A stretch of DNA of 32,000 nucleotides. It comes from Candidatus Brocadia sp. Its GTDB lineage: Bacteria; Planctomycetota; Brocadiia; Brocadiales; Brocadiaceae. Both the position numbers and the translations under genes were made by a program. The stretch is from the NCBI GenBank assembly GCA_021650915.1, contig CP091279.1, positions 810,001 through 842,000 of the forward strand. Direction: 5' to 3'. Every line of letters starts with the position of its first letter. Positions within the stretch are counted from its first letter, which is position 1. Shown here piece by piece: positions 24,527 to 32,000 of this stretch. The notes under the pieces were generated by a model. That model saw only the letters and a program-made list of their open reading frames with translations, was not told where the DNA came from and made no database searches.

Positions 24527-25402
24527 ATGAAACATGTGTTTATCATGATGTGCAGTTTGCTTTTCTGCTTTTATTCAAACACCGTGTGGTCTGGTGAATC
24601 AACACCTCTCGTCTGGGAGTCTTCCCATACAAAGACCCCACCGACGGTCGATGGAAAAATGGAAAAAATCTGGGAACAAGCAAAGCCATTTACCGTTGTT
24701 GTCAGAGAAGCAATGGGAGGAAACAACCCCACAGAAGTTGTTCTGCGTGCCCTTCATACCGATGATACCTTATATGTCCTGGCACAATGGCCTGACGATA
24801 CCAAAAGCGACATGCGTGACCCGTATATCTGGAATGAATCAAAAAAGGATTACGATCGCCCGTCGAAGCCGGACGACCAGTTTTCTCTGGAATTTCCCAT
24901 GTCCGGTGAATTCAACATTCGCATGTTGACCCTTGTTCACGAGTATACTGCAGATGTGTGGCACTGGAAGGCCGGACGCGGTAACCCGGTTGGTTGGGTA
25001 GACGATAAACGGCACATCATCAGCCAGAAACCAATGAAAAATGGTGTGGAATACCTCATGGGTGGCCATGGAACAGTATATATTGCGCGCCTGATGGATG
25101 AAGGAACTCCATCTTACTCCCTTAAATCTAAACCAGAATCGTTTGAAGATACTATCGTAGATTCCTTTGAACAACGCCAGCCATCAGGCAGTTTGGCTGA
25201 TATACAAGGCAAGGGAATACATGACGGAAAGAGCTGGACATTAGAGATGTCCCGTAAATTTAATACCGGCCACGACGATGACGCGCCGATTGACCCGGCA
25301 AAGGAGAATATCTGTGCTATCGCAATCCTCAACGATGAGCTGTACTGGGATCATTCTGTCTCGTCGGTAATCACACTGCGATTTGTTAATACTGCAAAAT
25401 AG
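24527..25402 (+). CDS. Secreted EB_dh/DOMON-like (haem-b-binding type) domain protein
   Basis: 291 aa with a signal peptide (MKHVFIMMCSLLFCFYSNTVWSG). VDGKMEKIWEQAKPF, VLRALHTDDTLYVLAQWPD, ADVWHWKAGRGNPVGWVDD and WTLEMSRKFNTGH match the pattern I associate with the ethylbenzene-dehydrogenase gamma-subunit-like family. Confidence 0.65.
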   Translation: MKHVFIMMCSLLFCFYSNTVWSGESTPLVWESSHTKTPPTVDGKMEKIWEQAKPFTVVVREAMGGNNPTEVVLRALHTDDTLYVLAQWPDDTKSDMRDPYIWNESKKDYDRPSKPDDQFSLEFPMSGEFNIRMLTLVHEYTADVWHWKAGRGNPVGWVDDKRHIISQKPMKNGVEYLMGGHGTVYIARLMDEGTPSYSLKSKPESFEDTIVDSFEQRQPSGSLADIQGKGIHDGKSWTLEMSRKFNTGHDDDAPIDPAKENICAIAILNDELYWDHSVSSVITLRFVNTAK

Positions 25403-25419
25403 CGTAGCTTTCGTTTCTG

Positions 25420-26220
25420 ATGTGGAAATGTTTATTACTCATAACATGGTGTACCCTGGTGGGATGTATTGTACCTGCACAGGTCTTTGCCCTAAGACCT
25501 TTTGTCACAACCGATGCCGATGTGGTTGAGACCAATCAGATCGAAATAGAATTAGGTCTGTTTGGATTGCATGAACGAAAACAGGCTGGTACCGATGAGT
25601 TAACATTGGAAGTACCGGGCATCCGTTTTAATTATGGTCTCCCATGGGATAGTGAGATTGTGTTGGAAACTGTGGGCGAACTCATTGACAACGAATATGC
25701 AGGATCGCTGGGCATAAAGGAGAAGCAATTTGCCAGTACGGCAGGCTTTTATAAGAAGGTCTGGTGGCGTGCTGAAAGTGGTAGCTGGACACCCAATTTT
25801 GCGACAGAGACTGGCGCGGTATTTCCCACAGAAAAAGGCACTTCTGGATTAGGATGTGAAGGCACCGGTATATTTTCCTGGTATCTGAAGAACCTTACCT
25901 GTCATATGACCCTGGGTGGAGGCACAACAACAGAAGAATTTGGGGACGGCAGACGAGGACTCTTCATTTACGGTGTCATTTTGGATGTACCTGTTCCACA
26001 ATATAAAAAACTCCATCTGGTAGCAGAATACAGCGGGGAAAAGGTGGAAAGTTCTATTCTGGATCACCAAATATTGGGCGGGTTTGTATGGGAAGGACCA
26101 AAGGAGATAGAATATGATATTGCTGGATTTACAGGTTTGAACAGGGAAAGTGTGGATTGGGGCATGACCATGGGTATAACATTTTTTATTGGTAAAACAG
26201 AAAAGGATGGTGGATTATGA
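25420..26220 (+). CDS. Outer-membrane beta-barrel-like protein (MetA/phenol-degradation-type transporter family)
   Basis: 266 aa with a signal peptide ending AQVFA. The mature N-terminus LRPFVTTDADVVETNQIEIELG and the alternating-hydrophobic strands ending in an aromatic-rich C-terminus fit small OM barrels. Confidence 0.55.
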   Translation: MWKCLLLITWCTLVGCIVPAQVFALRPFVTTDADVVETNQIEIELGLFGLHERKQAGTDELTLEVPGIRFNYGLPWDSEIVLETVGELIDNEYAGSLGIKEKQFASTAGFYKKVWWRAESGSWTPNFATETGAVFPTEKGTSGLGCEGTGIFSWYLKNLTCHMTLGGGTTTEEFGDGRRGLFIYGVILDVPVPQYKKLHLVAEYSGEKVESSILDHQILGGFVWEGPKEIEYDIAGFTGLNRESVDWGMTMGITFFIGKTEKDGGL

Positions 26221-27218
26221 AGATTGTTCTGATTGCCTGTTTAACTATTAGTATGCTAACAAAGGTGTGTTTTGCAGGAAATGAGGTAATTGTTTATACT
26301 TCTGAGGATAAGATCTTTTCCGAACCTGTCCTGCAGGCATTCGGAAAAAAGACGGGAATCAAGGTACGGGCTATTTTTGATACGGAAGAGACCAAGAGCA
26401 CTGGCCTGATCAATCGCCTGATTGCAGAGAAAGACAACCCACAGGCCGATGTATTCTGGAGTGGCGATCCGGTGCGTCCTGTTTTGCTGGCAATCAAGGG
26501 TTTAACGGCACCGTATGTTTCACGTACCGCCTCAGACATTCCAAAAGACTATAGGGATCCGGAGGGGCACTGGACAGGTTTCTCAGCACGGGCACGCATC
26601 ATACTCTATAATACCAATTTGGTAAATATGGACGAAAGGCCTTTGTCTCTTTTCGACCTTTCCAAACCCCAGTGGAGAGGTCAGGTTGCCATAGCAAATC
26701 CATTATTTGGCACCACCTCAATACACATGGCAGCATTATTTATAACTTTAGGAGATGAAAAGGCCAAACAGTTTCTGAATGATTTAAAGGCAAATGGAGT
26801 GAAGATCGTTTCCTCAAACGGAGAAGTCAAACGGCTCGTTGCACGGGGTGAAGTAAAGGTGGGAATTACGGACACGGACGATGCAAACGTAGCCATTCAG
26901 GAAGGAAGCCCGGTGAAGGTTATGTTTCCTGATCAAACCGGCATAGGCACGCTTATTATGCCCAATATGGTCTGTCTTATGAAAGGCAGTCCGAATCCGG
27001 AAAATGGGAAGAAATTGGTCGATTATCTCCTGAGTGCTGAGGTTGAAAAGAGCCTCGCTTGGGCGGCATGCGCCCAAATGCCGCTACGATACGATGTGCG
27101 AACACCTGCGGACGTATTAACCATCGATGCGATAAAAGGCATGGATATTCATTATCATGATATCGCACGGAAACTTGACGAGATTGGCGGATTTCTCAAA
27201 CAGTGGGCAGGATATTAA
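26217..27218 (+). CDS. ABC transporter periplasmic substrate-binding protein (Fbp/Afu, Fe(III)-type family)
   Basis: 333 aa with a signal peptide. VIVYTSEDKIFSEPVLQAFGKKTGIKV...ADVFWSGDP fits the family-1 SBP pattern of AfuA/FbpA-like proteins. The ATG overlaps the upstream stop (ATGA). Confidence 0.8.
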   Translation: MKIVLIACLTISMLTKVCFAGNEVIVYTSEDKIFSEPVLQAFGKKTGIKVRAIFDTEETKSTGLINRLIAEKDNPQADVFWSGDPVRPVLLAIKGLTAPYVSRTASDIPKDYRDPEGHWTGFSARARIILYNTNLVNMDERPLSLFDLSKPQWRGQVAIANPLFGTTSIHMAALFITLGDEKAKQFLNDLKANGVKIVSSNGEVKRLVARGEVKVGITDTDDANVAIQEGSPVKVMFPDQTGIGTLIMPNMVCLMKGSPNPENGKKLVDYLLSAEVEKSLAWAACAQMPLRYDVRTPADVLTIDAIKGMDIHYHDIARKLDEIGGFLKQWAGY

Positions 27219-28838
27219 ATGCAGAAAACATTGACACTGGGTTTGTTCTTTGCCATATTTCTCTGCACCACCTTTTTGCCCATCATGTGGATGTTCGGGA
27301 ACTCGATTTTTGAGGACGGGGCATTTTCATTTTTTTACTACAAGAGTATTTTCTTAGCGCAGGAGTATGTAAAAGCTATCACCAATAGTTTGATCCTTGC
27401 TTCGGTCACAACTGCCCTGTCTGCTTTCCTTGGCGTCTCTGTCGGATTTTTTCTGGCCAGGGCAAACCTTCCCTTTCAAAACGTATTTAAAATTTGTTTT
27501 CTTATCCCATTTATTATACCATCCTATATTACCGGGATCGCATGGACAAATCTGCTGGGAAAAGCGGGGTTTCTCAACAAGGCTTTGTCAAAATATACGT
27601 TCTTGTCGTCCGGATCCGTCTCAGATTTTATCTACAGCATATATGGCGCATCATTCATCCTTTCGATAACCTTTTTTCCCGTTATCATGCTATTGACCGA
27701 ATATGCCTTAAAAAATATCAATCCGCGACTTGAGGAAAGTAGTTTGATTTCTGGCAATACCTTTCTGACATTAAAAAAGATTACGTTACCATTGATTGCC
27801 CCTGCCATCCTCTCCGGTGTGATGATTGTTTTTGTACTGTCACTCTCAGAATTCGGCGTGCCTTCCTTTTTGCAGGTCAATGTCCTTACTACCCAGATAT
27901 TTACTCAGTTTAGCGCCTTTTATAATGAAAAGGCGGCAACGGCTCTTGCCTTTCCGCTCATAGCAATTACTATGATGATAATTATGCTGGAGCGGGTTTA
28001 TCTGCAGGGAAAATCTTTTGAGATATTGGGAAGAACCACATCAAATAGTACGATATCATACAACCTAACGTGGCTCAGGAGGACCGGGCTCGTCTTTTGT
28101 ACCCTGGTTTTACTCGTATTCGTTGTTAACCCCCTGAGCACCCTTATTCTAAACACAAAGACCCTGTCTGCATATTACGATGCCTTTCTTTTGGCCAGGA
28201 ATGGTATCACGAACAGCATCGTGTTTGGGTCCATTGGGGCAACCTTCTTGACCTTTATGGGATTTTTTCTCGGGTATCTTTCCGAAAAAATCCGATCCGG
28301 ACAGAAACAGAGCATGGCAGCATTTATCTGGCTCTTTTTTGCCGTGCCTGCAACGGTATCCGGTATCGGGCTCATCAAATTATGGAACAGACCAGGCGGT
28401 TTCTTTCAAGGTATTTACAGTTCTCTCTGGATTATAATCATTGGATATGTCGTGAAATTTTCTCCGTTATCCAGCCGCATTATGGCGAATTATCTCAAAC
28501 AAATGCCACATTCCATGGAAGAGACCGGTATCGTAATGGGCGCTTCGTGGTTTAGGGTTTTAAGAAAGATTTTATTCCCATTGCAGAAGCATGGGCTTAT
28601 CGCCACATGGTTAATTTCTTTTATATTTTGCATTGGAGAGTTGGGTACAACGATATTAGTTTATCCACCTGGACACGAAACTATTCCAATAGCTTTATTT
28701 ACCGTTATGGCCAACAGCCCGGAGGACATCGTTTCCGCGCTTTCAGTTATTATTGTGGTTATGACATTACTTCCGGTAGTTTTTTTTCTCGCGATCTTTA
28801 AACATCTTGTGAGGGATCCCCTCTCATCGCTATCTTGA
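27219..28838 (+). CDS. ABC transporter permease, duplicated (two-domain) Fbp/Afu/ThiP type
   Basis: 539 aa with ~12 hydrophobic helices. Its size and duplication are typical of FbpB/AfuB. The start abuts the SBP stop (TAAATG). Confidence 0.85.
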   Translation: MQKTLTLGLFFAIFLCTTFLPIMWMFGNSIFEDGAFSFFYYKSIFLAQEYVKAITNSLILASVTTALSAFLGVSVGFFLARANLPFQNVFKICFLIPFIIPSYITGIAWTNLLGKAGFLNKALSKYTFLSSGSVSDFIYSIYGASFILSITFFPVIMLLTEYALKNINPRLEESSLISGNTFLTLKKITLPLIAPAILSGVMIVFVLSLSEFGVPSFLQVNVLTTQIFTQFSAFYNEKAATALAFPLIAITMMIIMLERVYLQGKSFEILGRTTSNSTISYNLTWLRRTGLVFCTLVLLVFVVNPLSTLILNTKTLSAYYDAFLLARNGITNSIVFGSIGATFLTFMGFFLGYLSEKIRSGQKQSMAAFIWLFFAVPATVSGIGLIKLWNRPGGFFQGIYSSLWIIIIGYVVKFSPLSSRIMANYLKQMPHSMEETGIVMGASWFRVLRKILFPLQKHGLIATWLISFIFCIGELGTTILVYPPGHETIPIALFTVMANSPEDIVSALSVIIVVMTLLPVVFFLAIFKHLVRDPLSSLS

Positions 28839-28975
28839 AACCGCCTGCAGATCATTAGATAATAGCTGTGTCTCTTGAGTTAGCGAAAGAAACTCAATTT
28901 ATCAGGCAAGCCCTGGAATTCATTCTGTCCATTTTACCTTCGTAACAACTATCAAATGCTAAACAGATACATCAC

Positions 28976-30004
28976 ATGAATGCCCTGGAAGTAAAAAATT
29001 TAACAAAGAGTTTTCATAAAAAAGAGGTTGTAAAAGGTGTTTCGTTTCAACTTGAGAAGGGACAAATCCTGGCCTTCCTGGGCCCTTCCGGTTGCGGAAA
29101 GACAACAACCCTAAGAATGATTGCCGGTCTTGAGACCCCGGATAATGGTGAAATTTGGTTAGAGGGGGCGCTTGCAAACCGCGGTCGCAAGACAATGATA
29201 TCACAAAAACAACGGAACATTGGGATGGTATTTCAGGACCTTGCCCTCTGGCCACACATGACCGTCTATGAGAATATTGAATTCGGATTAAAGGCGTCTG
29301 GCTGCATCAGGGCTGAGAGAAAGAAGCGGGTTGAGGCCGTTTTGGGCAGGGTCAACATGCTGCAATATGCCAGGGAATATCCCGGAAAACTCTCGGGAGG
29401 GCAGCAGCAGTCGATTGCTATTGCACGGGCAATAGTTACGGAACCCAAGCTGCTCCTGATGGACGAACCCTTATCGAATATCGATAGGAAATTACGTGGG
29501 AATATCCGTCAGGAAATCAGACGCATTCAACAAGAGACACGGATTGCAACCGTTTACATAACTCATGACCAGGAAGATGCCTTCCTTTTGGCCAACAATG
29601 TGGCAGTGATGAATGCCGGGGCGCTGGAACAAACAGGTAGTCCTGAAGAAATTTACTCTGCCCCCGCATCGCTTTTTGTGGCTGGTTTCGTGGGAGAATC
29701 GAATATCATCAGGATACATATTCTTGGTAAGGACAGAATATCAACACCATGGGGTGAAATAGCATGCAGCACTAAAAACCATGAGCGGGGAAACGCATCC
29801 CTCTTTTTCAGACCACAGCATATAAAAATAGATAAAAGCGGCCCCTATTACGGGGTAATTAAGAATCGATACTTTGCGGGAGAAGGGTACAAATATACCC
29901 TTTCAACCTCGGGTGAAAATATTACGCTACAAGATCAGGGGATTTATGAGACAGGTCAACCGATACGGTTTTCCATTACAAAAATGACGCTTTTGTTTTT
30001 CTGA
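28976..30004 (+). CDS. ABC transporter ATP-binding protein with C-terminal TOBE-like domain
   Basis: 342 aa. It has Walker A GPSGCGKTT, signature LSGGQQQ and Walker B LLLMDEP, plus a ~100-aa C-terminal extension as in FbpC/PotA/CysA. Confidence 0.9.
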   Translation: MNALEVKNLTKSFHKKEVVKGVSFQLEKGQILAFLGPSGCGKTTTLRMIAGLETPDNGEIWLEGALANRGRKTMISQKQRNIGMVFQDLALWPHMTVYENIEFGLKASGCIRAERKKRVEAVLGRVNMLQYAREYPGKLSGGQQQSIAIARAIVTEPKLLLMDEPLSNIDRKLRGNIRQEIRRIQQETRIATVYITHDQEDAFLLANNVAVMNAGALEQTGSPEEIYSAPASLFVAGFVGESNIIRIHILGKDRISTPWGEIACSTKNHERGNASLFFRPQHIKIDKSGPYYGVIKNRYFAGEGYKYTLSTSGENITLQDQGIYETGQPIRFSITKMTLLFF

Positions 30005-30008
30005 GGTA

Positions 30009-30227
30009 TTAGAAAAATGGATTATGCTGTTTCCTATCTCCCGTGGTGGTAAATGTCCCATGTCCCGGATGGACGATTACATAATCTTCTAAGGTAAAGA
30101 GGAGTGTTTTTATTGAGTAGCTGAACTTCGTATAAGAACCACCGCTGAGATCCGTCCGCCCGATCCCGACGGCTTTCTGGCAGGTGCGCTTTTCTATCTT
30201 AACATTCCGGCCAGTTCTTGTGATACC
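30009..30227 (-). pseudogene. Relic of an MBL-fold hydrolase gene (C-terminal ~55 codons only)
   Basis: Own translation of the minus strand: ...AVGIGRTDLSGGSYTKFSYSIKTLLFTLEDYVIVHPGHGTFTTTGDRKQHNPFF*. This matches the conserved C-terminus of glyoxalase-II-like metallo-beta-lactamase proteins (GS.GRTDLPGG...SI...L..L.....V.PGHG..TT.G.E...NPF). An in-frame TAA lies at 30230..30228. There is no start codon and no room for the N-terminal ~150 aa. Confidence 0.55.
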
Positions 30228-30252
30228 TTATAAAAGATCTGAAAAGACAATA

Positions 30253-30281
30253 AAATACCAGAAGACATCATCCCGGTATTT
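30253..30281 (-). terminator. Possible terminator hairpin after ogt
   Basis: On the minus strand, aaatacc...ggtattt forms a 7-bp stem with a 15-nt loop, followed by a T-rich stretch (tattgtcttttc). The hairpin is weak. Confidence 0.25.
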
Positions 30282-30309
30282 CCATAAAAATAGTTAAAAA
30301 CTCTGACAA

Positions 30310-30939
30310 TCAGCCCCCTGATTCATCACTGGCTCCGTGTGGTGGGGATAGAGTGCTGCTTCCTGTCAAAATGTTACAATTGTGAACCGTGTGCCGTTCC
30401 ATTTCCAATAACTGTTTTTTAACAGAGATTCCAAAGGCATACCCAACTAATGAACCATCAGAACCGATGATTCTGTGACAAGGGATCACCGGCGGTACAG
30501 GATTTTTATTATTTGCCATACCCACTGCCCGCGTAGCCAAAGGTTGTCCGATTTCCTTTGCAACCCACTTGTAAGACCGACATTCTCCATATGGAATTTC
30601 CCTGAGTTTTTCCCATACTTTCTGTTGAAACGGCGTGCCCTGATCCAAGTCCAGAGGAAAATCGAACGATACTGTTTTGCCCTGAAAATACTTTTTCAGG
30701 ACATCTGTTTCTGGTTTAAGAAACAAATCGTTCCGCTGAATTTTTATGCTCCCGTTGGTTTTCTCTACGCGTGATGTGATGTCTCTTATAAATGGCCGCA
30801 GAAAATCTTCTTCCGAATCATGTGGGAATGAAATCCGGCAGATTCCTTTTGCACTCTTTGCGACGTACACATTGCCTATCGGAGAAGAAAAACTGCTAAA
30901 ATTTATTTCCAATTTATTTCCTGGCGCTCTTCTGTCCAA
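30310..30939 (-). CDS. ogt: Methylated-DNA-protein-cysteine methyltransferase
   Basis: 209 aa with the active-site PCHRIIGSDGSLVGYAFG and YGECRSYKWVAKEIG (DNA-binding helix). It overlaps the upstream gene by 26 nt. Confidence 0.85.
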   Translation of the reverse strand: MDRRAPGNKLEINFSSFSSPIGNVYVAKSAKGICRISFPHDSEEDFLRPFIRDITSRVEKTNGSIKIQRNDLFLKPETDVLKKYFQGKTVSFDFPLDLDQGTPFQQKVWEKLREIPYGECRSYKWVAKEIGQPLATRAVGMANNKNPVPPVIPCHRIIGSDGSLVGYAFGISVKKQLLEMERHTVHNCNILTGSSTLSPPHGASDESGG

Positions 30940-31699
30940 ATGTCAGTCTGTATGCCTTAATAAAACCCATTATAGTTAAAGTTACAGAAAGCAGTGTTGT
31001 GAGAACGGCAATGATGATTGTGGCAAGTAGCCATAATTCCCGTATGAAATGCTTCCACCATCCATATTTTAATAAACTGATTCCCGCTTTATCAAGAAAA
31101 AAGAGAATAAGGGAGATAATCGTAAATCCAAGAACAAGATATTTAATATCCTGCTTGTGAGGCGCTATGGAAATGGCAAATATAATGAGCGTTACCAAGA
31201 ACAGGATGTGACGTACATCCTTCAAATGGAGCTGTTTTTTAAAGCTATTAAAGGTGCTCCATACCGTATCAAGCAGATGCTGAAACAAGTCGAAAAAGCC
31301 CTTCAGGGTAAAATGGATTTCCTTGGGGAATGTATCATCGAGATGGATAGGGTTACCAAGCATCTTCGACGTAAAAAAGATAACATAGGCACAACCAAAA
31401 AGAGGCGCCGCGGCAATTGCGAAGTCAAAGAGGACGGGAATCTTGGGTTTATCGTATTTAATTCCAGCACTGTCCGTTGTGAATAGATTCAACTCTGTAA
31501 TAGTCGTACCCGTAATAAGACATACAAAGGCATGACTGAGTTCATGCACCATCGTGCCTGGAAAGAGAAATCCGCGGATCATTTTATCATGGATGTAATT
31601 TACCCACAGTCCATAGATTGCAAAACTAAGAAAAATCATTAAAATAAGGCATATCGCTAAAGAAAAGTATATCATGGTATCGTCTCTTAGCCACATCAT
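30914..31699 (-). CDS. Polytopic membrane protein with HExxH motif (M50B-like/zincin-like putative metalloprotease)
   Basis: 261 aa with ~6 hydrophobic helices. HELSH sits within GTMVHELSHAFVCLITG at the start of a helix. Confidence 0.65.
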   Translation of the reverse strand: MMWLRDDTMIYFSLAICLILMIFLSFAIYGLWVNYIHDKMIRGFLFPGTMVHELSHAFVCLITGTTITELNLFTTDSAGIKYDKPKIPVLFDFAIAAAPLFGCAYVIFFTSKMLGNPIHLDDTFPKEIHFTLKGFFDLFQHLLDTVWSTFNSFKKQLHLKDVRHILFLVTLIIFAISIAPHKQDIKYLVLGFTIISLILFFLDKAGISLLKYGWWKHFIRELWLLATIIIAVLTTLLSVTLTIMGFIKAYRLTFGQKSARK

Positions 31700-32000
31700 T
31701 CACTCCGAAGCAAGTATCGAATACTGACCTTTGAAACTAGAAATTTTCCATGAATACGGTATGCAGCTTTCGGTAATGTTCTCTTGTGCCTGAAATACTT
31801 GTGTGCTAGATTAACAGAGGTTTTAGGATATGTCAACCTGAAAGACATTTTAATTTCCCCGGACTTATTACGAAAAGAATTGCTTTGCAATTTGAAAGAT
31901 GAGCTATATAATATGAAACAAATTTATCAAATATTGCTAAGAGTAAAAAATCAATGGATTTATAGTGCTCCCTTACTAAACAGCTTGAAATCATAAATCG

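Overview
AT-rich bacterial chromosomal segment of about 30 genes, mostly housekeeping and many on the minus strand. Left to right:
- grpE (partial), a metallophosphoesterase, and a malic enzyme with an N-terminal ACT-like domain.
- A tightly spaced HD-GYP / GT2 / thioredoxin-fold (YyaL-like) unit, then an AhpD-like CMD protein.
- tRNA-Arg(TCT) and tRNA-His(GTG), followed by a ~0.8 kb ORF-poor gap.
- A 2-Cys peroxiredoxin, a Zn-ribbon membrane protein, and a sensor-less histidine kinase with an NtrC-family sigma54 activator.
- cspA, pnp, rpsO.
- An 820-aa NapH-NapG-like fused polyferredoxin with an unassigned C-terminal domain.
- A plus-strand, translationally coupled cluster: ChrB-like protein, MFS-like gene, secreted EB_dh/DOMON-like haem-domain protein, outer-membrane-barrel-like protein, Fbp/Afu-type ABC importer.
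- An MBL-hydrolase gene relic, ogt and an HExxH membrane protein.

The MFS-like gene is split by two near-identical ~1.85 kb IS copies. Their end architecture (one left-type end, three right-facing ends, two independent 4-bp duplications) fits IS-into-IS insertion followed by inversion. Two copies of a ~90-bp nested-palindromic REP-like element are also present. I saw no CRISPR array, rRNA or recognisable defence system.

The best candidates for undescribed biology are the ChrB-like/EB_dh/OM-barrel/ABC cluster and the NapH-NapG-X fusion protein. All family assignments come from motif recognition by eye; no database search was run. Taxonomic origin cannot be established from this window; the gene content is compatible with an anaerobe.
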